Source: an uncultured Gammaproteobacteria bacterium (GTDB lineage: Bacteria; Patescibacteriota; Microgenomatia; Levybacterales; UBA12049). From it: 64,000 nt of DNA. Shown one piece after another: positions 28,022-38,258 of this stretch (position 1 is the stretch's first letter; every line of letters starts with the position of its first letter). Position numbers and translations under genes: made by a program. The notes under the pieces were generated by a model, which was given only the letters and a program-made list of their open reading frames with translations, searched no databases and had not been told where the DNA came from. The stretch spans positions 78,530-142,529 of the forward strand of contig CAYYSJ010000001.1 in NCBI GenBank assembly GCA_964474445.1, written 5' to 3'.

Positions 28022-28777
28022 ATGGCGCAGTATATTGTTGTTACCCGTCCAATTAAGGAAAGTAGAGAATTAAAAAAGAAATTAGAAGAATTGGGATTAT
28101 CTGTTTTTTCTTTTCCGAGTATTCGTATTCATAAAACTGTTCTTACTACTGAAATCCAAAAACCACTAAAAAATCTTGCATCATTTGACTGGATTGTTTT
28201 TACGAGTCAAAACGGCGTTCGTTTTTTTATTGAAGCCCTGAACAAGTTAAGAATTGACATAGAAATTCTCCGAACAAAACGAATTGCGACTGTAGGTCCA
28301 AAAACAGCTGCAGAAGCAAAAAAATATCATCTTCCTGTTACCTTTATCCCTTCAGAATTTACAACAAAAGATTTAGCGCAACAGTTGGAACATATTGAAG
28401 GGAAAACAATACTACTACCACGAGCAAATATTGCAACACCAACTCTTACAGAATCGCTAAAGGCAAAAGGTGCATTGGTAACAAATATTGCAATCTACAT
28501 AACAGAATTTACTACTACTCAAACGAATGAATTTGAAACTCTCCTTGAACATAATGAAATACGATGTATCACATTTACCAGTCCATCCACTATTGAAGGT
28601 TTTTTGAAACATATACAAGGCATTCAAAAGAAAGCAGAAATTTTGTCTCTTCCTGTCTTATCAATTGGTCCTGTGACAACAGAAGCACTCAAAAAACATG
28701 ATTTTAAAAAGATTTATACAGCTGATGAATATACAATAGAAGGAATGTTTAGCAAACTAAAGGAAAGTATTTTATAA
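28022..28777 (+). CDS. hemD: uroporphyrinogen-III synthase
   Basis: HEM4 two-lobe architecture, position immediately after hemC (track ORF overlaps; Met at ~28022 used). Confidence 0.7.
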   Translation: MAQYIVVTRPIKESRELKKKLEELGLSVFSFPSIRIHKTVLTTEIQKPLKNLASFDWIVFTSQNGVRFFIEALNKLRIDIEILRTKRIATVGPKTAAEAKKYHLPVTFIPSEFTTKDLAQQLEHIEGKTILLPRANIATPTLTESLKAKGALVTNIAIYITEFTTTQTNEFETLLEHNEIRCITFTSPSTIEGFLKHIQGIQKKAEILSLPVLSIGPVTTEALKKHDFKKIYTADEYTIEGMFSKLKESIL

Positions 28778-28784
28778 TAAGCAT

Positions 28785-29438
28785 ATGACAAGTCACAGTT
28801 ATATCTTTTTTTCTGTTCAACACTCCTTTTATGAGTTATCAGACTCTAAGAAGGAGAAATATAAAAAAGAGTTTATCAAAGCATTGAAAGATGAAAAGCA
28901 CGTCTTGTGGTATACCTATGCAACACTTGGCCTAAAGACAAATACCACGATGATGCTATGGTTTCAGTCAGAAACAATTGATGCTATACAACTTTTTCTT
29001 AATAAACTTGTGCATACAAAATTAGGTGAACATTTAGTTATTACCTATACGCTTTTTGGCATGACACGCCCTACACAATATTCAGATAAGTCAACACGAC
29101 ATCTACATACTGAGCGAAAAGGTGGGAAATACCTTGTTATCTATCCTTTTACCAAAACAACTGAATGGTACATGCTTGATTTTGAAACCAGAAGAAAATT
29201 AATGGGGGGGCACGTCATGATAGGAAAAAAATATCCGCAAATAGAACAAGTCCTGTTATATTCCTATGGCATAGATGACAGTGAGTTTATTGTGAGTTAT
29301 GAAATGGATGACCTATCAGCATTCCAAAGCCTTGTCATGGAACTTCGATCGAATAAAGTCAGGGAATATACGCTAAAAGATACTCCTATTTTTACCTGTA
29401 TATATAAAACACCTGAGGAAGTTGTAACATTTTTATGA
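28785..29438 (+). CDS. hemQ: coproheme decarboxylase HemQ/ChdC (chlorite-dismutase-like)
   Basis: YLVIYPFTKTTEWYMLDFETRRKLMGGHVMIGKKY and IVSYEMDDLSAFQSLVMELR align with B. subtilis HemQ core. Confidence 0.75.
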   Translation: MTSHSYIFFSVQHSFYELSDSKKEKYKKEFIKALKDEKHVLWYTYATLGLKTNTTMMLWFQSETIDAIQLFLNKLVHTKLGEHLVITYTLFGMTRPTQYSDKSTRHLHTERKGGKYLVIYPFTKTTEWYMLDFETRRKLMGGHVMIGKKYPQIEQVLLYSYGIDDSEFIVSYEMDDLSAFQSLVMELRSNKVREYTLKDTPIFTCIYKTPEEVVTFL

Positions 29439-30454
29439 ACGCAACATTTTTAGACGCATGTTTCGGCAAAAAAACACCTTATACTCCCGTGTGGTATATG
29501 CGTCAAGCAGGCAGGTATCTTCCGCAATACCGTGAGCTAAAGGGAGAAAAAAATATTTTAGATATTGTTCGTACTCCAGAACTCGCAGTACAAATTGCAT
29601 TACAACCTGTTGATATATTAGGTGTTGATGCAGCAATTTTATATGCTGATATTATGATTCCTCTTCTTGGTATAGGTGTTGATTTAGAAATTGTTGAGAG
29701 TATTGGTCCCGTAATAAAAAATCCCATTCAAAATCAGCGTGGTGTTGAAACATTACGGATGCTTGAACCAGAACAGGATATCCCCTATCTTCTCGAAACA
29801 ATTTCAATGTTAAAAAATGAGCTAAAAGAGAAAGTACCCCTTATTGGTTTTTCAGCAGCTCCATTTACTCTTGCGAGTTATTTACTTGAGGGTAAACCTT
29901 CTCGAGATTTTTTGAAAACAAAATCATTTATGTATTCCAATCCTACTGCTTGGCATATGCTCCTTGATAAATTAAGTGATATTAGTATCATCTACTTGCG
30001 GTCTCAAATTACAGCAGGTGTTCAAGCAATACAGCTTTTTGATAGTTGGGTTGGCTGTCTCTCTGAAGAAGATTACAAAACGTTTGTCTTTCCCTATTCT
30101 AAGCGAATTTTCGACAACCTTCAAACATCTTCCGTCCCGCGTATTCATTTTGGTACGAATACAGCAGGAATGCTCAAGACGTTTTCATCAGTTGATTGTG
30201 AGGTTGTTGGTGTTGACTGGAGAATGCCACTTAATAGAGCATGGGAAGAAATTGGATTTGAAAAAGCAATACAGGGAAATCTTGACCCTGCATTACTACT
30301 GAACGATTTCTCAATTATTAAAAAACAAGTTGATCATATCTTTGTGTCACTGCCAAAAAAAGAAGGGTATATTTTTAACGTAGGACATGGAATATTGCCA
30401 GGAACTCCAGTCGAAAACGTCTTGCGCTTAACAGAGTACGTTCATAGCAAATAA
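29435..30454 (+). CDS. hemE: uroporphyrinogen decarboxylase
   Basis: PVWYMRQAGRYLPQYRELK N-terminal signature, 339 aa. Confidence 0.9.
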   Translation: MNATFLDACFGKKTPYTPVWYMRQAGRYLPQYRELKGEKNILDIVRTPELAVQIALQPVDILGVDAAILYADIMIPLLGIGVDLEIVESIGPVIKNPIQNQRGVETLRMLEPEQDIPYLLETISMLKNELKEKVPLIGFSAAPFTLASYLLEGKPSRDFLKTKSFMYSNPTAWHMLLDKLSDISIIYLRSQITAGVQAIQLFDSWVGCLSEEDYKTFVFPYSKRIFDNLQTSSVPRIHFGTNTAGMLKTFSSVDCEVVGVDWRMPLNRAWEEIGFEKAIQGNLDPALLLNDFSIIKKQVDHIFVSLPKKEGYIFNVGHGILPGTPVENVLRLTEYVHSK

Positions 30455-30462
30455 TAATTTTC

Positions 30463-31290
30463 ATGATAGTTACTGCAATTATTGCATTTCGAGAGTTTTT
30501 AGAAGCATTTCTTTTGGTAGGTGTTTTTCTTGGAATGGACAAGAAATTCCATTTAGGAAAGCGGAAAGAAATATTTTTTGCTACTGCCTTAGGAGTTAGT
30601 ATCTCACTGATGCTTCCTCTTATTGTTTTCCTTTTTGCGGGTTCTCTGCATCACATATTCTCAGAGAAAAATACAGATACCTTTGAAGGATATCTTTTAG
30701 TGTTTTCAGGATTTTTTCTGTCATATGTTATTTTTTCTCTTCATGAATTTATGAAATATGGCAAAAAAGAAACTATTCAGAAAGCAAACAAAAAGATGCA
30801 ACAAGAAATTTTTGATTTATCTCTTTTTTTGACTATTGTATTTTTTATCGCTCGTGAAGGATTTGAAGTAGCACTACTTACTGCAACAACTTCTCTTTTT
30901 TCTGTTTTTTGGACAAATGGAGAAGGTTTGTTGCTTGGATTTATGGCTGCTGCATGTATTGGTGTTGCAACATCCTTAACATATATCAATGTATCAATAA
31001 AGAAAATATTTACCTATACAGAATATTTTATTGTTATTATTGGAGCAGCAATGGTCAAGAATGGGATGAGCCTGTTACTTCAAAACTATTTACATATCCA
31101 CATGGAGAAGTTTTTACCATTACCGTTACAGTTTTTACCAAGTGATACGACAATTCTAGGACATATAATTAATAATATTTTTGGTTTACAACAGGAAGTG
31201 GGACTGATTCAGCTAGCTATTATGGGGATGTATGTCCTCCTGATATGGTCACTTTTTAAGGTCAAGAGATTACAAGTAAAACAAAATTAA
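30463..31290 (+). CDS. FTR1/EfeU-family high-affinity iron permease
   Basis: 7 TM; two RExxE motifs (REFLEA in TM1, REGFEV in TM4) diagnostic of FTR1 family. Confidence 0.65.
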   Translation: MIVTAIIAFREFLEAFLLVGVFLGMDKKFHLGKRKEIFFATALGVSISLMLPLIVFLFAGSLHHIFSEKNTDTFEGYLLVFSGFFLSYVIFSLHEFMKYGKKETIQKANKKMQQEIFDLSLFLTIVFFIAREGFEVALLTATTSLFSVFWTNGEGLLLGFMAAACIGVATSLTYINVSIKKIFTYTEYFIVIIGAAMVKNGMSLLLQNYLHIHMEKFLPLPLQFLPSDTTILGHIINNIFGLQQEVGLIQLAIMGMYVLLIWSLFKVKRLQVKQN

Positions 31291-31299
31291 TTAGTCCAC

Positions 31300-31746
31300 C
31301 TACTTAGTGACTTTTTTTGTTGCATAAATTCCCCAGAAAAGAGAGAAAAGAGCTATAAGAAAATTAACAGCCATGATATAGGAATAGACATCTTTTTGTG
31401 TAGGAATAAAAATAGCACCTGCGATAACAGCCTCAAGTATGACAAAGCCTGCTAAAGAAGAAACAAAAATCCATAATCTATCTTTTTGTACAAGCGCTCG
31501 AATAAAGAAAACTATTGCTCCAAAAAGTAAAAGAAAGCCAATAATAATATGAAGAGCAAGAGGTATTTGCGTCCAGGCAAATTTCCATAATTGCCCTCCT
31601 TTTTGCCCATCAGGAAAATGGATAAAAATATTTGCAAATTCACCAAGAAGATATTGGATAGTTAAACCAACGATCAGTCCCGCAGCTTGAGGTCTTAGAG
31701 AGGAAGGAGAAGCATACGAATTAGCCATACCATACATATCATACAA
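31300..31746 (-). CDS. membrane protein, hypothetical (4 TM)
   Basis: 148 aa, four hydrophobic helices, no motif recognized. Confidence 0.45.
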   Translation of the reverse strand: MYDMYGMANSYASPSSLRPQAAGLIVGLTIQYLLGEFANIFIHFPDGQKGGQLWKFAWTQIPLALHIIIGFLLLFGAIVFFIRALVQKDRLWIFVSSLAGFVILEAVIAGAIFIPTQKDVYSYIMAVNFLIALFSLFWGIYATKKVTK

Positions 31747-31833
31747 TATATTGTGTAAGAGTAAAGTAATCTCTTGAAGAACAATTCAGTAAGATGAATA
31801 CTCTCCTTAATTTAGCAATTAGCTGATTATGTA

Positions 31834-33099
31834 TCAATGGTTAGGGAAGTTAATTTTTTCTATGAGAGAAGGATTAAAAAAGTAATTTTTATTTTCATAT
31901 ACTATTAATTTAAATCCAACTTTTTTGTTGATACCTATCATAGCGTCATAAAGCCTCTTACTATCCTTATTTTTATCTTTAGACTCAAGCTGGATTAAAA
32001 GAGTTTCTTGGGATACTCCGTTTGAACTGTCTGAAGTAAAAAGAGCCGAACATAGTGAATATTGGATTGAATCAAGTGGAATAGTATAGTCTTTGTTATC
32101 AATAGAAAGCTTACCTGTTTTTCTATCAAATACAATTGATTTCACCTGTTTTATTGGGTTTGCCATCTGCAAATGCAAAAGCTTTGCGAATAGATAAGTA
32201 GTCACTACAGCAAGAATTGTTAGGGGAAGAATAAGAAGTGGAAAAAGGTGTTTCATTGTGGTCAGATATGTGTTAATGAGTGACAAATTACTCTGTAATG
32301 ACTTTCCTACAACAACCAACCCTAATCGGGTATTATCTTTCATCAGTGGCTTTCTCATGATGAGAAAATTTTCATTTGTTCTGGTATCAGTAACAAGTTG
32401 TGACTCAGTCTGCTGATATTCATTATATAAATAGCTTGTGTCTAAAAAGGTTGGGATTCTCCCGTTACTTAAAAGGACATGATTTGTCTGATCAATGATT
32501 TCAAATGATACGTCATAGTCTATTGTACGGACATCAATTTGTTGTGCAGAAATACTTTTCCCATCAAAAGATAACCCTTTTGTTAACGTATCCATGTTTG
32601 CCATGAGTTTGGAGTCAATGGTACTTATATTTGCATCCTGTGGATTGTAATAAGCAACAATAACGGTTGCAGCAACATTATCAGAATATTTTGTCTTTCT
32701 ACTTAACACTCTCCATACTTCATTCACAGGGGTACGAAATGTTGTAGGCTGGTTATATGCTGCAAGTGTTTTCTGATCTGTTGTGTCCAGAAGTCCATTT
32801 ATTGGGTTTGAACGAGCAAGGATAAACCCATCGTTTGTAATAACATATAGAGGAAATGGCCCTGATGAGTTGGGATATGGCATTAAGGGATCAGAGTTAA
32901 AAAGTTGAGTACTCCATTTTCCATTCGTATACATGAGATCCTTTGCTGCTTGATTTGCTATATATTGTAGGTTTTGTTTGGTATTTGTATAAGTTAAACT
33001 TGTCAAAAGATTATTACTAATAGAAACCAATAGGATGTAAAATCCTGTTAGGAAAAGGAACCAGACAGCAAATAAGAAGGCAAAACCTTTGCTATTCAT
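31834..33099 (-). CDS. bitopic/dual-TM membrane protein with large extracytoplasmic domain and C-terminal OmpR/PhoB-like winged-helix domain
   Basis: Start at MNSKGFAFLFAVWFLFLTGFYILLV (TM1), ~260-aa external domain, TM2 (LFPLLILPLTILAVVTTYLFAKLL), then VFDRKTGKLSIDNKDYTIPLDSIQYSLCSALF...LYDAMIGINKKVG...LIVYENKNYFF resembling trans_reg_C. Confidence 0.5.
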   Translation of the reverse strand: MNSKGFAFLFAVWFLFLTGFYILLVSISNNLLTSLTYTNTKQNLQYIANQAAKDLMYTNGKWSTQLFNSDPLMPYPNSSGPFPLYVITNDGFILARSNPINGLLDTTDQKTLAAYNQPTTFRTPVNEVWRVLSRKTKYSDNVAATVIVAYYNPQDANISTIDSKLMANMDTLTKGLSFDGKSISAQQIDVRTIDYDVSFEIIDQTNHVLLSNGRIPTFLDTSYLYNEYQQTESQLVTDTRTNENFLIMRKPLMKDNTRLGLVVVGKSLQSNLSLINTYLTTMKHLFPLLILPLTILAVVTTYLFAKLLHLQMANPIKQVKSIVFDRKTGKLSIDNKDYTIPLDSIQYSLCSALFTSDSSNGVSQETLLIQLESKDKNKDSKRLYDAMIGINKKVGFKLIVYENKNYFFNPSLIEKINFPNH

Positions 33100-33355
33100 G
33101 ACACCATTATAGCAAAGATGGTATTTGTGTACAGCTATTCTTGAGATAGATGAAGATTTTGGAGATATTGCAAGGCCGGTTTCCAAATAACAGGATATTG
33201 CCAGACAGAGATATTTTTGTTCGTATTATGCACCGTTGTTATTCCTAATACGTATTTAGCAGGGATTATTTCAAAGTAGAAGTATAGGATAGCCATTCCT
33301 ACTAGCAGTAGCATAAAAAGCTTTGTATGAAATTTATTGATATGTGTTGCCATAC

Positions 33356-35281
33356 CTATAATTCAACTGGATACATTTCAGCTGAAAGATGTTTTTCTCG
33401 ACCAAGCCCAAAGTAGATATCTGCAGTATCCGTATTGCGAGAAAGGAATTTAAAGAGTTCGTATCGAAGTTTGGCAAACAGAGTATGTGTGTGTCCTTTG
33501 AGTGTTCGTTCCTGGATAATATCAAATACCCAATCGTTATGGTTATGACTAATATTGAGTTTCTTTAAGTGAGCAAGCTCTTCTAGTTGCCCTTCTACGT
33601 TCGGATTTTCCATGAAGCCAAATCGGATAACAACACTCGTTATTGTCCCTTTTGTTTTACTTTGGAATAAATTCGTAACAATATATCTTTCTTCAGAGGT
33701 TAATATAGGTTCTTTTACTAATTCAACGGTAAGGAAAATAATATTTTCTGGCAGTATGCCGTAGCGATCCAAGAATAATTGCTTTAGTGTAGGAAGAGTA
33801 TCTTTACTACTTCGAATCGCTTTTGGTGTCATAATCATGATGGTTCGAGGAATAAAGTATTTCTCACTTTTTTTCAGTTTAATAAGGTCTTGTAAGGATG
33901 TGGCAGGGTATTCGTTGAATGCTTTTGCAATTTTTTCTCTTCCCCACTTCCATGTTTGCATAATGAAGAGAATACCAAGTCCAATTCCAAGAGGAATATA
34001 TCCTCCCTCAATGATCTTCAAGGAATTTGAAATCATGAATGATGCATCGATTATAATAAGTGGTACAAACACAGCATATGCAAGAGCAGGTTTCCATTTC
34101 CAATAGTGAACAGCTACCTGAATCATTGAGAGTGATGTCACCAACATAACTCCAGAAACTGCAAGTCCATACGCAGAGGCAAGTCGATTACTTGACTGGA
34201 AAATAACGACCAAGCTTACACAACCAACATAGAGTGCCCAGTTGATAAAAGGAACATATATTTGTCCTTCATGTTTGTGGTGCGTATGGGTTACTTTAAA
34301 GAACGGGAATAACTTGAGTGATATCGCTTGTGAAGCAAGAGAAAAACCTCCAGAAATAAGCGCTTGAGAAGCAATAATGGTTGCCAATGTTGAAATAATA
34401 ACCATTGGATAGATCATGACACTCGGTATCATGCTAAAGAAAATATTCCCGTTGATGACAGCATTACCACTTAAAAGATATGCTCCTTGTCCAAAATAAT
34501 TGATGAGAAGGGACGGGAAGACGATACTAAACCAACTTAATCGAATAGGAAGAGCGCCAAAGTGTCCCATATCAGCATACATTGCTTCTCCTCCGGTAAT
34601 AACAAGCATCACTGCTCCAAGCGTCAACAGAACATCAAGAAATGTGTGATGAAGTAAAAAGTAAAAAGCATAGTATGGATTTATTGAAAGAAAAATCTGG
34701 GGAGTATGGAGAATGCTTACGGTGCCAAAAAAGAAAATTGAAGCAAACCACACGATTACAATTGGTCCAAAGAGACTTCCAACTTTTGATGTCCCTTTAC
34801 TTTGAATAGCAAATAGTCCCGTGAGAATAATAATGGTAAGAGGAACAACATAGGGAGAAAAGGTATTGGTTGCAACGGTAAGTCCTTCAATAGAAGAAAT
34901 AACACTGATTGCAGGTGTTATAATCCCATCACCAAATAATAGCCCGGCAGCAATAATAAGGAGTACTGAGAGAATCACTTTACTTTTTGATCTTATTTTT
35001 TCAATAAGACTGTACAGTGCAAACACTCCTCCTTCCCCTTTGTTATCTGCTTTTAGAACAAAAACAACGTATTTAAATGCAATTAATAGTGTTAAGGACC
35101 ATACGACAAGACTTATTGCTCCGAGAACATCCAAACGACTTAATGTTGCTTTTCCGTGCCCGAAGAAGATTTCGTTGATTGCGTACAACGGTGAAGTTCC
35201 AATATCCCCATACACAATACCAAGTGCGGCGAGTGATAGGAATAGTGTAGTCTTTTTATCTGGAATTTTGCTATGACTCAT
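33356..35281 (-). CDS. kup: KUP/HAK/KT potassium uptake transporter
   Basis: LGIVYGDIGTSPLYAINEIF signature, 12 TM + C-terminal cytoplasmic domain, 641 aa. Confidence 0.9.
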   Translation of the reverse strand: MSHSKIPDKKTTLFLSLAALGIVYGDIGTSPLYAINEIFFGHGKATLSRLDVLGAISLVVWSLTLLIAFKYVVFVLKADNKGEGGVFALYSLIEKIRSKSKVILSVLLIIAAGLLFGDGIITPAISVISSIEGLTVATNTFSPYVVPLTIIILTGLFAIQSKGTSKVGSLFGPIVIVWFASIFFFGTVSILHTPQIFLSINPYYAFYFLLHHTFLDVLLTLGAVMLVITGGEAMYADMGHFGALPIRLSWFSIVFPSLLINYFGQGAYLLSGNAVINGNIFFSMIPSVMIYPMVIISTLATIIASQALISGGFSLASQAISLKLFPFFKVTHTHHKHEGQIYVPFINWALYVGCVSLVVIFQSSNRLASAYGLAVSGVMLVTSLSMIQVAVHYWKWKPALAYAVFVPLIIIDASFMISNSLKIIEGGYIPLGIGLGILFIMQTWKWGREKIAKAFNEYPATSLQDLIKLKKSEKYFIPRTIMIMTPKAIRSSKDTLPTLKQLFLDRYGILPENIIFLTVELVKEPILTSEERYIVTNLFQSKTKGTITSVVIRFGFMENPNVEGQLEELAHLKKLNISHNHNDWVFDIIQERTLKGHTHTLFAKLRYELFKFLSRNTDTADIYFGLGREKHLSAEMYPVEL

Positions 35282-35423
35282 TAAAAATGTTTAATGACTC
35301 ATCAGTGAGTCATTAACAATAACCAATTTTATGTAAGAATATGAAAAAAATCAAGAAGTATTTTTTAACAAATTACCGTAAATAGTCTGCCAAGGCTTAC
35401 TAATACAATAATTTTTGATATAA

Positions 35424-36416
35424 TTGACAAATGTCACTGCTATGATAAGCCAACCTGTTAATCGAAAAATTGTGGAGAGACTGATAAGAGAATTTGGCTC
35501 GGATACCCTTTCTTATTTTCACCTTCAGCATGATAGGCAATATTTTTTTTCTCCTAGTGGGAAATCATGTCTTTCCTATAAAATAGTTAAGAATGTTGCA
35601 GTGGTTGGCGGAGATCCCGTAGGAGTGGCTACTGAGGTACCACTACTTTTAGAAACATTTCTTTCATATACTGCTTCCTGGCATATACTCCCATTATTTG
35701 TTGGTCTCAGTGAAAAATATGCCTCTGTGGTGCAAAAAACAAATATGAAGCTTGCAAAAATTGGCGAAGAGGCAATTATTGATGTACAAACGTTTGATGT
35801 AAATAATCTAAAAAAGAAAGTGCGACGAGCTGTAAGACATGCAGAGGGATCAGGGGTGGAGATATGTTTTTTTACTACAACTACTCTTCCCTTTCGTCTT
35901 AGACAACAAATAGAGGAAATTTCTTTTGACTGGATTAAAGAAAAAGGTGGAAAAGAAAAAGGATTTTCAATGACACTAAAACGATTACCTGAAGAGAATG
36001 ATCGTGATTGTATCTTTGCCGTTGCACTAAAAGATGGGGATGTCTTAGGATATCTGTACTTTGTTCCTTGTTATGGTGCAAATAGTGTCTCATTAGATCA
36101 TATTCGTAGTAAAACCAATACATATAACGGACTTCATGAATTTCTTATTATAAAATCAGCTGAATACTTCAAGAAAAATAATATCCAAAAAATGAGCTTG
36201 AATTTTGCAACATTTGCAAACGTTATTCAAACATCAAAGTCAAAATTACATATTAGACGAAGAGTGATGCTTTTGCTAATGAAACTATACAAGTGCGATA
36301 CACTTCGTTCTTTTAACAACAAATTTAAACCCTTTTGGGAGAATCGCTATGTTGCATACTCTTCCCTCTTATACTTGCCGAATTATCTTTTTGCGGTTAT
36401 CGAAGCAGAACGATAA
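35424..36416 (+). CDS. DUF2156 protein (stand-alone aminoacyl-phosphatidylglycerol synthase C-terminal domain, MprF-like)
   Basis: Soluble 330 aa with GNAT-like tandem fold features of LPG_synthase_C; no TM flippase domain. Confidence 0.65.
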   Translation: MTNVTAMISQPVNRKIVERLIREFGSDTLSYFHLQHDRQYFFSPSGKSCLSYKIVKNVAVVGGDPVGVATEVPLLLETFLSYTASWHILPLFVGLSEKYASVVQKTNMKLAKIGEEAIIDVQTFDVNNLKKKVRRAVRHAEGSGVEICFFTTTTLPFRLRQQIEEISFDWIKEKGGKEKGFSMTLKRLPEENDRDCIFAVALKDGDVLGYLYFVPCYGANSVSLDHIRSKTNTYNGLHEFLIIKSAEYFKKNNIQKMSLNFATFANVIQTSKSKLHIRRRVMLLLMKLYKCDTLRSFNNKFKPFWENRYVAYSSLLYLPNYLFAVIEAER

Positions 36417-36571
36417 ATGAAAAAGTCGCGATACATTTTAAACGGTAGGTAAGAAATGTATGCCAAGTGATTTTAAGGGAGTAAGATATTTGCGCCCAAA
36501 GCTGCGCCAACTCTTGTTGTAGCACATAATAGTAGAGGATCAGCCTTATTTTAACAATGAGAGTTTTCTGT

Positions 36572-36958
36572 CTATAAATCAGCATCACAAATGTGCTGTG
36601 TCACAGTTAACTCTCTCTGCGTCTTAGTAACTTGTCTTCGAGCATGAAAAAATAAAGGAATTTCTAATGTTCCTCCAAATAAACAGCCAATACCTAAGGA
36701 AATCTCAAAAGCATCTCTTCGTGCTATCCCAGTTGTTATGCCACCTATTCCTCCCGCCCATAGGAGAAAACTTGTTCCAAGGACTCCATAAGACCCTACT
36801 TTTTGATAGTTATTTGTTGACTGTATTGCTCTTGTTGCTGATTCTTTATCTTGGTACGTTCTCTTTGTTATTGTTGTTACCTCAACTTCTCCCGCTTGAT
36901 CTATTCTTCTTGCCGAAAGCCTGTTTTTTGTTCTTCCTTCTGTATATTCAACACTCAT
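36572..36958 (-). CDS. hypothetical membrane-associated protein
   Basis: 128 aa; one hydrophobic/Gly-rich segment (VLGTSFLLWAGGIGGITTGIARRD). Confidence 0.35.
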   Translation of the reverse strand: MSVEYTEGRTKNRLSARRIDQAGEVEVTTITKRTYQDKESATRAIQSTNNYQKVGSYGVLGTSFLLWAGGIGGITTGIARRDAFEISLGIGCLFGGTLEIPLFFHARRQVTKTQRELTVTQHICDADL

Positions 36959-37022
36959 TACATAACAGTATGAAGCAATAAAAAAGGTTGTATAAAAGTG
37001 AAGTAATAATTAAGAAAGACCT

Positions 37023-38213
37023 TTAGGAGACAAAGTATCCTTTGGAAAAGTAAGCAAGTAGGAAAAAAAGTGCGATGAGACTGATGCAGATATAGACTGC
37101 TTTGAGAATCCTTGAATTATGAAGTGCTAAAGCTAAAAATGTAGGGAATAACACAAGAACATATCGGGGAAGTGCAGTAAATGTCCCTGATTGTGTTGCG
37201 ATAAGAAAGGTAAAAAGACAAAATAGAATGTACCTCTTTTGAATTCCCTTTTTCCACGCATACCACAAAAACACTGCTCCAAAGAAAAACGAAGAAAATT
37301 CCAGGAATGATATCCACCATTCAAAATGTGTGTAGGGAACGGTGAAAAGAATTCGTATATATCGAATAAGTGTTTGGGGGAAAAAGATAATTGTTCCTAG
37401 CTTTCGCCCATTGACGGCAAGTTGTTGTGCATGGACAAAATATAAGCTATCATGCCATCGCCATAAGGAGTAAAGCATGACAAGGAGCAAGCCACTTGGC
37501 ATAATGATAAGAGGCATCCATGTCTGCCACCTCCCTTTCCATGTCTGAGAACGAAAAGCGAGAAGTTGTTTCCTGTTTTCTTGGATATAAAAATAAGCAG
37601 TAATTGGAATCATGCACACTCCAACAATGCGAGTAAGGCTGAGAAGTAGTGTAGCAATGGAAGCTGAAAAATAACTCTTCTCCCGAAGGAGTAGAAATGT
37701 CAAAAAGGTAAAGAAAAGGAATGTTCCTTCTGAATAAAAGCTTCCAAAGAAAAAGGATGTAGGAAATACAAGGAGAAAAATTATCGTAGCGTAAATGGTG
37801 TTATCAGAATAATCGTAATGCAACAGCTTATAGAGAAGAAGTAATGCCCCAAGAAATATTGCATTACTGACAAGAAAGGCAAGGGTAAACTCCTTGAGCC
37901 CCATAAATGGCCCACTACCAAGTAAAACATACGGAATACGAATAAGATATGGGTACACAGGGAAAAACCTTCCATCTGCGCCATCTCGATAATTTCCATC
38001 CCCAGCAATCGTTAAATAATGAACACCGTCAAAATTTGCCCATGGATACCCAAAAATACTCTGTACAGGGAAATAAGGACGTGTGTATGCCCAGATAGTA
38101 TATTGATCAGAACCTGGATTGTTTGGAATGTGATTCTGACTAAATATGAGCGGTGTGAAAAGAAAAAGTCTCCAAACGACAAATATAAAAATAATTTTCC
38201 AGTACCATTTCAT
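37023..38213 (-). CDS. polytopic membrane protein, GT-C-type glycosyl/mannosyltransferase-like
   Basis: ~10 TM, N-terminal loop with conserved acidic/aromatic residues (WAYTRPYF, FDGVHYLTIAGDGNYRDGADG) like PMT_2/PIG-V-type transferases. Confidence 0.45.
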   Translation of the reverse strand: MKWYWKIIFIFVVWRLFLFTPLIFSQNHIPNNPGSDQYTIWAYTRPYFPVQSIFGYPWANFDGVHYLTIAGDGNYRDGADGRFFPVYPYLIRIPYVLLGSGPFMGLKEFTLAFLVSNAIFLGALLLLYKLLHYDYSDNTIYATIIFLLVFPTSFFFGSFYSEGTFLFFTFLTFLLLREKSYFSASIATLLLSLTRIVGVCMIPITAYFYIQENRKQLLAFRSQTWKGRWQTWMPLIIMPSGLLLVMLYSLWRWHDSLYFVHAQQLAVNGRKLGTIIFFPQTLIRYIRILFTVPYTHFEWWISFLEFSSFFFGAVFLWYAWKKGIQKRYILFCLFTFLIATQSGTFTALPRYVLVLFPTFLALALHNSRILKAVYICISLIALFFLLAYFSKGYFVS

Positions 38214-38258
38214 GAGAAAATTGTACCTTAAATGTTTAAAAAAAATAAGAGGATAAGG

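Noticed and set aside
33135-33525. Small ORFs 33135..33353 and 33334..33525 between the membrane regulator and kup
   Set aside because: They overlap the 5' region of the upstream gene (ORF-track N-terminal extension) and the intergenic promoter region. There are no motifs and the composition is AT-rich and noncoding-like.
36417-36571. Short GC-rich dyads (GCGCC...GCGCC) in the intergenic region after the DUF2156 gene, considered as a terminator or ncRNA
   Set aside because: These are direct rather than inverted repeats with weak pairing potential, and no T-run follows.
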